From the NCBI GenBank assembly GCA_023251235.1, contig JAHEZE010000004.1, forward strand, positions 654 to 64,653: DNA of 64,000 bases, read 5' to 3'. The DNA comes from Sphingobacteriales bacterium. GTDB taxonomy: Bacteria > Bacteroidota > Bacteroidia > Chitinophagales > Chitinophagaceae. This document shows positions 44,755 through 52,316 of this stretch, in pieces. A program made the translations under genes and the position numbers. The notes under the pieces are model-generated. The model did not search any database. It worked only from the letters and a program-made list of their open reading frames with translations, and was not told the DNA's origin. Position 1 is the first letter of the stretch. Each line of letters begins with the position of its first letter.

Positions 44755-45078
44755 ATGGCAAAAAGTATTTCTAAAAAAATCATTGCCACTCATCCCCAAT
44801 CAAAAAGGGAAATGAAAATTGATGCTGCAATTTATAAACCTTTTGAAGCGGCCATCATTCAAAGCTTAAAAGGAAGTAAGGCCCGCCTGCCGGACAGGCA
44901 GGCAAAAACTTTTACAGAGTTGACAGATGCTGTAGCAAAAATTATTAAAAAGAAAATACCTGATTTTAAAAAATCAATTCCCTGGTACACCATCTCTATA
45001 CTTCGTGATTTGGAATCAAGAGGTGTTGCAGAAACTTTCTTTGAAAAAGGAATAAAACTGAACCGACTGAAAAAATAA
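44755..45078 (+). CDS. Hypothetical small protein carrying an in-frame palindromic element
   Basis: 107 aa and Lys-rich. I recognise no family. It is tightly packed, 3 nt after tadA. Confidence 0.45.
   Translation: MAKSISKKIIATHPQSKREMKIDAAIYKPFEAAIIQSLKGSKARLPDRQAKTFTELTDAVAKIIKKKIPDFKKSIPWYTISILRDLESRGVAETFFEKGIKLNRLKK
44886..44904. repeat. GC-rich palindromic element copy 3 (cctgccggacaggcaggca), in frame in the hypothetical CDS
   Basis: Read directly. It is translated as LPDRQA, in the same frame relative to the element as in radA. Confidence 0.85.
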
Positions 45079-45795
45079 TTACAGAGTTTTTATTTTAATA
45101 TTCTTAAAATAAACTCCTGTATTGGCAAATCCACTGTGTGTGGCTTGTAAAGCAATATAACCTGATTTAGCTGCGCCATAAGTTTTTACATCTTTCCATT
45201 TACCCGCTGCTTTTTGTGCTTTCCATTTGTCAGATCCTAATTCATACTCCACCACTTTCTTTCCATTCAGCCAATGTTCAACATGTCCTTTGTTCACAAT
45301 TATCCTGGTCTGGTTCCATTCACCGGGATTTCTGGTAGCATCAACAGAAGCTGGTTGCATTGCATAATTAGCAGCAGTCTTTTGCCAGTCTTCAATTTTA
45401 TCAGGATATCCTTTATCATCAATCAACTGGTATTCGGGACCACTTTCATAAGTAGCTTCATTATCTTCTGTTACACGAAAGAGGATACCACTATTGGACT
45501 TCGGTGAAATTTTCCAATCAATAGCAAGCTCAAAATTTTCGTACTTGTCATTTGTGATGATATCGGGATTTTTATTTCCGGCAGGTTTCTCGCTGCATAA
45601 TGTGCCATTTTTAACTTCCCATGATGAGCCGGGAATGTTTTTATATGCTCTCCATCCCTTCGTATCTTTTCCATCAAACAATAATTTCCAGCCGTCTTTC
45701 TTTTCAGCTTTAGTAAGTTTATTGTCTTTATTATCCTGGAAAGAGTAAACCAAAACTGATGCAGCCATAAGAATAATAACAGAAAGTGTTTTCAT
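45079..45795 (-). CDS. DUF1080 (3-keto-disaccharide hydrolase-like) domain protein
   Basis: 238 aa with a signal peptide and the signatures GWKLLFDGKDTKGWR, NSGILFR, EYQLIDD and HWLNG. Confidence 0.8.
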   Translation of the reverse strand: MKTLSVIILMAASVLVYSFQDNKDNKLTKAEKKDGWKLLFDGKDTKGWRAYKNIPGSSWEVKNGTLCSEKPAGNKNPDIITNDKYENFELAIDWKISPKSNSGILFRVTEDNEATYESGPEYQLIDDKGYPDKIEDWQKTAANYAMQPASVDATRNPGEWNQTRIIVNKGHVEHWLNGKKVVEYELGSDKWKAQKAAGKWKDVKTYGAAKSGYIALQATHSGFANTGVYFKNIKIKTL

Positions 45796-45807
45796 GTAAA
45801 TGTTTTT

Positions 45808-47175
45808 TTAGTTAACAAGTTTTAAGTTGATAGGATCCCATTTCACAGCTTTGTCAGTAAAGTAACTGTCATTACATAATAATGCAGGCGCAGCGGCACG
45901 GTAACCGAACAAGGCATCTTCTGAAGAAACTTTTTTATTGCGGATACAATTGAAGAAATTATAGAAATGGTCGTAATGTGCTCCTTTGTATCCTTCTTCA
46001 GCTTTGTAAATAGTTGAACTTGGCGGAACCATTTTTTTTCTGTCGTAGACAGTTTCTATTTCTTTATTCATTTTTGTTTTTAATAAAGGATCATCTACAG
46101 CTGCATAGGATTGATTTTTTGTAAGCGTTACTTTATCCCATTCTACATTCATACTTCCTTCATTGCCTACTAAACGCAGGTATGTACTGTCTGCTGTGCC
46201 ATCTACAAAATTTACCCGGAGTGATAAATTAAATGCAGGGTGTTGTTCTGTTTCGGCATAATCAAACATACCCATTAGAATGTCCGGCACTTCACGTCCA
46301 TCTTTCCAGTATCTTAAGCCACCCATGGCCATAATTTTTTGAGGACCCTTCGAATTAGTAATAAAATGAAGACTTGAAAACAAATGCACAAACAAATCAC
46401 CTGATACACCGGTACCGTAATCCCTGTAACAACGCCAGCGGAAAAAACGTTTGGCATCGAATGGTCGGTCAGGAAATTTATTCAAAAACATTTTCCAGTC
46501 AACTGTTTTATCAGATGCATCAGCAGGAATATCATATTGCCAGGCGCCAAAGGGTGAATTACGGGCCCAGAATCCTTCTGCATAATTTAGTTTTCCAATG
46601 GCACCGGCAGCTAATAATTCTTTTGCCTTTTCATTTCCCAACGAACTCATGCCCTGGCTGCCTACCTGCATTACAACTTTATTCCGGTTTTGCGCTTCCA
46701 CCACAGCATTGCCTTCCGATACTTCATGAACCATTGGCTTTTCACAATACACTGCTTTACCACTATTCATGGCTGCCACGGAAATATCTTTATGCCAATG
46801 ATCCGGTGTGGCTACAATTACTGCATCAATATCTTTTCGCTGTAGTATTTCACGATAATCTTTGGTGGTAAAAATATCTTTCCCATAATTCTTTTTTGCC
46901 GCTTCCAGCCTTCCGTCATAAAGATCACAGGCAGCAATGATTTTTGCACCAGGAACCGACATGGCAGTATTCCCATCAGCTGTTCCCATACCCCCAGCGC
47001 CAATCACAGCTATCTGTATGTTATCATTCGGGTTATAATAATTGCGAAGTAGTCCCTCAAAATTGTCCGGCTTTCCGGTAGCCTTAATAATACCCGGAAT
47101 AGAAGAAGCTAATACGCTGCCTGCTACTTTCTGGATAAATTTCCGCCGGGAGTTACTTGTTGATTCATTGCTCAT
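45808..47175 (-). CDS. Tat-exported Gfo/Idh/MocA family oxidoreductase
   Basis: 455 aa with a twin-arginine-like N-terminus (SRRKFIQKVAGS), a Rossmann VIGAGGMG and the EKP motif. Pairing with DUF1080 is common in Bacteroidota. Confidence 0.8.
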   Translation of the reverse strand: MSNESTSNSRRKFIQKVAGSVLASSIPGIIKATGKPDNFEGLLRNYYNPNDNIQIAVIGAGGMGTADGNTAMSVPGAKIIAACDLYDGRLEAAKKNYGKDIFTTKDYREILQRKDIDAVIVATPDHWHKDISVAAMNSGKAVYCEKPMVHEVSEGNAVVEAQNRNKVVMQVGSQGMSSLGNEKAKELLAAGAIGKLNYAEGFWARNSPFGAWQYDIPADASDKTVDWKMFLNKFPDRPFDAKRFFRWRCYRDYGTGVSGDLFVHLFSSLHFITNSKGPQKIMAMGGLRYWKDGREVPDILMGMFDYAETEQHPAFNLSLRVNFVDGTADSTYLRLVGNEGSMNVEWDKVTLTKNQSYAAVDDPLLKTKMNKEIETVYDRKKMVPPSSTIYKAEEGYKGAHYDHFYNFFNCIRNKKVSSEDALFGYRAAAPALLCNDSYFTDKAVKWDPINLKLVN

Positions 47176-47335
47176 ATTTTCTGTTTTGATAAATGAGGAA
47201 GGAAGTTACAGGAAAAAATCAAAAGCCAAGAAAACAAGTCTGTAGAAAATATTATTCCATTTCTCGAAAGACTTTTGCATGGCACATCAGTTATTCAAAC
47301 GTAAATTTGTTTTCCTGATAATATAACTTCCTTAT

Positions 47336-47369
47336 CCCCTTTTCCCAAAGGGATGCCTTTGGCAAGGGG
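47336..47369 (+). promoter_or_regulatory. Stable nested hairpin 21 nt upstream of the SOD start codon
   Basis: The outer stem is cccctt/aagggg (6 bp) and the inner stem is ccaaagg/cctttgg (7 bp) with loop gatg. No T-run follows on either strand. Confidence 0.4.
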
Positions 47370-47390
47370 TTAGGGACAAAAAATTAAACT

Positions 47391-48002
47391 ATGTCTTTTA
47401 CATTATTACCCCTTCCATATGCACACGATGCACTGGAACCGCACATTGACACCACAACAATGCAAATACACCACGGCAAGCACCATCAGGCTTATGTTGA
47501 CAATCTGAATAAGGCTATTGCCGGAACTGAACATGAGAATAAAAGCCTTGAAGACCTGGTGGCACATGCTGGAAAAATTTCTGCTGCTGTCCGTAATAAC
47601 GGTGGTGGTCACTGGAACCATACATTTTTCTGGGAAAGTATGGATGAAAATGCTGGCGGCATGCCTTCTGGTAATTTGGCCAAAGCTATTCATGATGCTT
47701 TTGGTTCATTTGAATCATTCAAAGAAAAGTTTGCCAATGCCGGAATGACAAGGTTTGGTAGTGGTTGGGCATGGCTGGGTGTGGATGCCAATAAAAAACT
47801 TTGTATTTGCAGTACGCCTAACCAGGATAATCCACTCATGGATGTGGCAGAAATAAAATGTACTCCTATTCTTGGAGTGGATGTATGGGAACATGCATAC
47901 TATTTAAAATATCAAAATCGCCGGGCAGAATATTTAGGAGCTTTCTGGAATGTGGTAGATTGGAAAAAAGTGGCGGAAAGATTTGAAGCCGCTACGAAAT
48001 AA
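47391..48002 (+). CDS. Fe/Mn superoxide dismutase
   Basis: 203 aa with HHGKHH, the metal ligands DVWEHAYY and GWAWL. Confidence 0.95.
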   Translation: MSFTLLPLPYAHDALEPHIDTTTMQIHHGKHHQAYVDNLNKAIAGTEHENKSLEDLVAHAGKISAAVRNNGGGHWNHTFFWESMDENAGGMPSGNLAKAIHDAFGSFESFKEKFANAGMTRFGSGWAWLGVDANKKLCICSTPNQDNPLMDVAEIKCTPILGVDVWEHAYYLKYQNRRAEYLGAFWNVVDWKKVAERFEAATK

Positions 48003-48021
48003 ATTTTTAATTAATGATTTG

Positions 48022-48051
48022 AAACTGCCCTGGAAACGGTGCAGTTTTTTT
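48022..48051 (+). terminator. Rho-independent terminator after the SOD gene
   Basis: The stem is aaactgc..gcagttt, followed by a T7 run. Confidence 0.7.
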
Positions 48052-48118
48052 ATTTCATAATGAGAATAAGGTGCAGCAAATAAAAAACTAACTTAGGTGT
48101 CCATTTAAAATCATTTGT

Positions 48119-49045
48119 ATGATCTGGAATGTAACCGGCGGTATTGGAAATACACCACTAATAAAGCTTCAGAAAATTGTTCCTGAAAATTCAGCCGGTG
48201 TTTTTGCAAAACTGGAATGGGCCAACCCGACAGGCAGTATGAAAGATCGTATGGCCAAAGCAGTTATTGAGTCCGCTGCTGCTAAAGGAAAAATAAATCC
48301 CGGGGATACGGTAGTGGAATATACTGCCGGCACTACGGGGGTTTCGCTTGCTTTTGTTTGTGCCGCTATGGGGTATAAATTTCATGCTGTGTTTTCAGAT
48401 GCTTTCAGCGATGAAAAAAGAAGAACTATGCAGGCTTTTGGTGCACAGATTACGGATGTGAAGAGTGATAATAAAAAAATTACTGAAGCCCTGATCAAAG
48501 AAATGATTGCTACTTCAAAAAAATTAAGTGAACAATCCGGACATTGGTGGTGTGACCAATTGAACAATCATGATGCGTCGAAGGGTTATCATGCTTTGGG
48601 AGAAGAAATATGGCAGCAGATGAATGGCAAAGTGGATGCATTTGTCCATTGCGTAAGCACCGTACATTCAATTCATGGAACAACTGAAATTTTATGGCAG
48701 CATGATAAAAATATTCATATCGTGGCAGTTGAACCGGATGAATCAGCTGTATTATCAGGCAGAGCCACCGGCTCTCATAAAATTGAAGGAATTGGCATTG
48801 GTTTTATCCCACCTCTTTGGCAACCCGAAATGGTGAATGAAATAGCCACTGTAACCACCGAAGAAGCCAAAAGCATGGCAAGGAGACTGGCAAAAGAAGA
48901 AGGCATATTTGCAGGTACATCTACCGGAGCCAATGTTGTAGCGGCCTTACGAATTGCAGAAAGATTAGGTAAGGGGAAAAATGTTGTTACCATTATAGTT
49001 GACTCAGGCTTGCGTTATCTGAGTACAGATGTTTACAGGTATTAA
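48119..49045 (+). CDS. Cysteine synthase family PLP-dependent enzyme
   Basis: 308 aa with the PLP-lysine motif NPTGSMKDR and the GTSTGAN loop. Confidence 0.85.
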   Translation: MIWNVTGGIGNTPLIKLQKIVPENSAGVFAKLEWANPTGSMKDRMAKAVIESAAAKGKINPGDTVVEYTAGTTGVSLAFVCAAMGYKFHAVFSDAFSDEKRRTMQAFGAQITDVKSDNKKITEALIKEMIATSKKLSEQSGHWWCDQLNNHDASKGYHALGEEIWQQMNGKVDAFVHCVSTVHSIHGTTEILWQHDKNIHIVAVEPDESAVLSGRATGSHKIEGIGIGFIPPLWQPEMVNEIATVTTEEAKSMARRLAKEEGIFAGTSTGANVVAALRIAERLGKGKNVVTIIVDSGLRYLSTDVYRY

Positions 49046-49272
49046 GGCACAGGATCATAGCCGCTACCACCCCAGGGATGACAACTGGAAATTCTTTTGA
49101 TCGCAAGCCACATTCCTTTCACAAGCCCATGTTTCTTTAATGCTTCTGCTGCGTAATGTGAACAGGTAGGAGTATAGCGGCACTTAGGTCCGAGTATGGG
49201 AGAAATAACCCACTGATAAATTTTTATCAATGCAATAAATGGAAGGCTAAGAATTCGTAGAAATGTTTTCAT
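49042..49272 (-). CDS. yidD: Membrane protein insertion efficiency factor YidD
   Basis: Motifs [18 protein letters not shown] and [11 protein letters not shown]. The ATG is at 49272; the ORF track's 49275 start is a TTG. Confidence 0.9.
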   Translation of the reverse strand: MKTFLRILSLPFIALIKIYQWVISPILGPKCRYTPTCSHYAAEALKKHGLVKGMWLAIKRISSCHPWGGSGYDPVP

Positions 49273-49669
49273 CAATCATCTTTGATAGCTTTTGTAAAGT
49301 TACCGCTACTTTATCTTTTATGAGTAGGTATGCAGGAAGCTCCTTGCCTGTATAAATAATGAAAACATTCAGTTGTTTATTTCCCGCTTTCAGTTCTTCT
49401 TTTAGTTCATTTTTTTGCAGCCGCCAGGCTTCTTTAATTAATCTTTTAATCCGGTTCCTGTCAACAGCCTTATTAAAATTCTTATTGGAAACTCCCACTC
49501 CAAATTGCAAAATGTTTTGTCTATTGTCCACTGATCTTTGACTATCGATGAGATAGAAAATTCTAAATGGCCCAACGACAAACTTCTTCCCTGCACTGAA
49601 CAATAGTTCAATTTGTTTCCGGCTCTTCAGTCTTTCATTTTTCCCAAGAGTAAATTGCCTCTTCATCAT
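49247..49669 (-). CDS. rnpA: Ribonuclease P protein component
   Basis: 140 aa and basic, with the RNR motif ([13 protein letters not shown]). It lies downstream of rpmH and overlaps yidD. Confidence 0.85.
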   Translation of the reverse strand: MMKRQFTLGKNERLKSRKQIELLFSAGKKFVVGPFRIFYLIDSQRSVDNRQNILQFGVGVSNKNFNKAVDRNRIKRLIKEAWRLQKNELKEELKAGNKQLNVFIIYTGKELPAYLLIKDKVAVTLQKLSKMIDENISTNS

Positions 49670-49670
49670 T

Positions 49671-49708
49671 TTACAAAAATAAAATAGTCCCGCTTTAACG
49701 AGACTATT
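49671..49708 (-). terminator. Hairpin plus T-rich tract between rpmH and rnpA
   Basis: The stem is aaatagtc/gactattt (8 bp) plus 2 inner bp. On the minus strand it is followed by ttatttttg. It could be an attenuator or terminator. Confidence 0.5.
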
Positions 49709-49753
49709 TACAAATATTAAAACTTCCTAAGCCCCCTTTAGGGGTTGGGGTTT

Positions 49754-49918
49754 CTATTTCGCTTTTCTTTCGTCAGAAACGGTCAATTTCGTACGGCCTT
49801 TTTTACGACGACTGGCTAGCACCTTACGGCCATTAGCAGTTTGCATACGCTTACGAAAACCATGCACTGATTTACGGCGACGCTTATGGGGCTGATAGGT
49901 TCTTTTTTTTCCTGGCAT
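49754..49918 (-). CDS. rpmH: 50S ribosomal protein L34
   Basis: It is not in the ORF track because it is under 60 aa. Manual translation gives [54 protein letters not shown], and the order is the canonical rpmH-rnpA-yidD. Confidence 0.9.
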   Translation of the reverse strand: MPGKKRTYQPHKRRRKSVHGFRKRMQTANGRKVLASRRKKGRTKLTVSDERKAK

Positions 49919-50101
49919 AAAAATTATTTTTTCCTTTTACAAAATCCCCGTTATGAAACGGGCTTAACAAATCTTCTCAATGGGAACACCACTTCCCACT
50001 GATTGTGAAAGGACGGCAAAGGTAGGGGAACAGGCTCAGAAGTGCTAAGCAGAAATAAGAATTTTATTAATCCAACTTTTGTAATACTTCTCATTGTTCC
50101 T

Positions 50102-50123
50102 TGCCTGCCTGCCGGTAGGCAGG
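50102..50123. repeat. GC-rich palindromic element copy 4 (reverse orientation), intergenic
   Basis: The plus strand reads tgcctgcctgccggtaggcagg. The reverse complement reads cctgcctaccggcaggcaggca. Confidence 0.85.
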
Positions 50124-50166
50124 TGTCACACTCCTGTACTTCCAGAACCCTGAGCATCACTGCTTT

Positions 50167-50997
50167 TTACTTGTCCAGATCAATATGTAATGATCTTATT
50201 CCGGCACCATAAAAATCAGCAGCATGCCTGTCAAAATCTTCTGTTGAGTCGGTTGTATAAAACTCTCTGTCGCTATTCTGACTGAGGATACTTTCTATTT
50301 CAGGGTGACGATACAGGTAATTAGCAAGGCTTTTAGCCACAATCTCTCCCTGGTTTAATATTTTTATATCAGCAGGAGTATATTCTCTTATTTTATCATG
50401 CAGCAAAGGATAATGCGTACAGGCAAGCAGAATAGTATCAATAGAGGATGATTGATCAATTAACTCATTGATATATTTTTTTACAAAAAAATCTGCTCCA
50501 TGGCCTGTATACTCATCATTTTCCACCAGTGACACCCACATGGGGCAGGCTTGCTGAAAAACTTTTACTTCAGGAAAAAATTTTTCAATCTCAATCTTAT
50601 AAGAATTGGAAATAACCGTACCAGTCGTAGCTAAAATGCCTACATGTTTTGAATCAGAATAGTTGCCAATCACTTCAGTAGTGGGCCTTATTACTCCCAG
50701 TACTCTTTTTGAGGAATCTATTTTTGCAAGATCGTTTTGCTGAATGGTTCTTAGTGCCTTTGCTGATGCAGTATTACAAGCTAACACTACCAAAGGACAT
50801 CCTTTCTGAAAGAACCATTTCACACATTGCAACGTATATCGATACACTGTATCAAAAGAACGGGGACCATAAGGAGCCCGGGCATTATCACCCAGATAAA
50901 TATAATCGTACTGAGGCAGCCGGCTGACCATCTCCCGCAGAATGGTTAAGCCGCCATACCCTGAGTCGAAAATACCAATAGGAGACGTTGAAGGCAT
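50167..50997 (-). CDS. murI: Glutamate racemase
   Basis: ATG at 50997 gives MPSTSPIGIFDSGYGGL. The catalytic Cys motifs are ACNTAS and LACTHYP. Confidence 0.9.
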   Translation of the reverse strand: MPSTSPIGIFDSGYGGLTILREMVSRLPQYDYIYLGDNARAPYGPRSFDTVYRYTLQCVKWFFQKGCPLVVLACNTASAKALRTIQQNDLAKIDSSKRVLGVIRPTTEVIGNYSDSKHVGILATTGTVISNSYKIEIEKFFPEVKVFQQACPMWVSLVENDEYTGHGADFFVKKYINELIDQSSSIDTILLACTHYPLLHDKIREYTPADIKILNQGEIVAKSLANYLYRHPEIESILSQNSDREFYTTDSTEDFDRHAADFYGAGIRSLHIDLDK

Positions 50998-51066
50998 ATA
51001 CAAAAGTAAATGAGGCTGCGGCAACAAAATGCGACAGCCTCAGACAAATATTACCTTTAATAAATA

Positions 51067-51630
51067 TTATTGGTTAGTTTTTCCTGGTGTTACGGGTTTA
51101 TTGATAGTGGCAGCCGTGGGAAGTTTGACCTTAAGCTTTTCTGCTACCAATGGTAATAAATTATCAGCAGGAGGCGCTACCAACAATGCTTCCTGTGAAT
51201 AAACATATGCATACCCTTTTTCTTTAGCTACCGCACTGATTGCATCATATATTTTTTTGTAAATAGGTTCTAAAAGAGCATTTTGTTTAGCCTGTACAGC
51301 TTGCTGAGAAATTGACTGCCAGTTATTGATCTGGTAAGCATAATTAGCCAGGTCTTTTTTCAATTCATTTTTATATGATAAAGGCATTTTTGTAGTGTCA
51401 GTCTTATTCAATAAACTATCTTTAAAAGTATACATCTGGAATACACTTGCAAATTCAGTATTAATAGAATCTTGCTGATACTTTTCCAATAGCGAATCAA
51501 TTTTGCCCGTTTCCGGCATTAGTGATAACATATTATCTACGCTGATGTAGCCCATTTTGTTTTGTGCCTGAGTAGTATTACTGACTAACAGGCCTGTAGC
51601 CAACACAATAATAGCAGTGATCTTTTTCAT
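51067..51630 (-). CDS. OmpH/Skp family periplasmic chaperone
   Basis: 187 aa with a signal peptide and coiled-coil composition. It is in the bamA-skp-skp arrangement. Confidence 0.8.
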   Translation of the reverse strand: MKKITAIIVLATGLLVSNTTQAQNKMGYISVDNMLSLMPETGKIDSLLEKYQQDSINTEFASVFQMYTFKDSLLNKTDTTKMPLSYKNELKKDLANYAYQINNWQSISQQAVQAKQNALLEPIYKKIYDAISAVAKEKGYAYVYSQEALLVAPPADNLLPLVAEKLKVKLPTAATINKPVTPGKTNQ

Positions 51631-51706
51631 TTTGTTTTTTAAATTGATGTTTATTTATGAGTCTTTTTTGAAGCGCATCGTTGCCAGTTCAAAAATTTTT
51701 AACAAA

Positions 51707-52222
51707 CTAATTTTTAACCCCCAAATCTCTCAATACATCTTCGCTTTTATCCAGTTTTGGGTCGGCAAAGATAACGGTAATTCCTTCACTTTTATCTAAA
51801 ATAAAGTCATAGCTTCTTTGCACAGCCATCTTCTGTACAGCATTGTATACTTTGTCCTGAATTGGCTTTACCAGTTCCTGTCTTTTTTTAAACAGATCGC
51901 CTTCAAAACCAAAGTGTTTACGTTGTTGGTCACGCAGCTCTTTTTCTTTTACAAACAATTGAGCTTCTCTTTTCTTTTTCAGATCATCGCTCAGCATTAC
52001 CTGTTCAGCATCATAATCACGGTACATTTTATCCAGTTCGGTTTGTTGAACATCTATTTCTTTCTGCCACTGGGCAGCAATATCATCCAGTTTTTTTTGT
52101 GCCTCTTTATAATCAGGCATTTTATCCAGGATGTATTTGGTATCAATAATGGCGTACTTCTGCGCACTAACTGCAAAAGCTGAAAGCCATATGCTACAAG
52201 CTATAAGCAATACTTTTTTCAT
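51707..52222 (-). CDS. OmpH/Skp family periplasmic chaperone
   Basis: ATG at 52222 gives MKKVLLIACSIWLSAFAVSAQ. It is rich in Lys/Glu/Gln heptads. Confidence 0.8.
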   Translation of the reverse strand: MKKVLLIACSIWLSAFAVSAQKYAIIDTKYILDKMPDYKEAQKKLDDIAAQWQKEIDVQQTELDKMYRDYDAEQVMLSDDLKKKREAQLFVKEKELRDQQRKHFGFEGDLFKKRQELVKPIQDKVYNAVQKMAVQRSYDFILDKSEGITVIFADPKLDKSEDVLRDLGVKN

Positions 52223-52235
52223 ATTGAAGTGTTTT

Positions 52236-52283
52236 ATGGTGAATAGAATTACTGAACGTACAAGTGAGTGACACAACAGAAGC
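52236..52283 (+). repeat. 48-nt conserved element, copy B
   Basis: atggtgaatagaattactgaacgtacaagtgagtgacacaacagaagc, located between the bamA stop and the skp start. Confidence 0.8.
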
Positions 52284-52316
52284 TGAATTGTAACACTCAT
52301 GTTTGGTTAAAAAAAA

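Noticed and set aside
46374-46871. 165-aa plus-strand ORF inside the Tat-exported oxidoreductase gene
   Set aside because: It is antisense to a well-supported CDS, with skewed composition (His/Leu/Gln-rich) and no start context or motif.
49951-50160. 69-aa ORF in the murI-rpmH spacer
   Set aside because: It is built around palindromic element copy 4 (translated CLPAGRQG). It has no motif and an atypical composition. The region is more likely non-coding.
49919-50166. SRP RNA or 6S RNA in the murI-rpmH spacer
   Set aside because: I looked for the conserved SRP helix-8 sequence (GGAAGGAAGCAGC context) and found only ctggaagtacaggag. I could not verify a convincing 6S-like closed helix with a central bubble by eye. 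It is left as an unexplained spacer.
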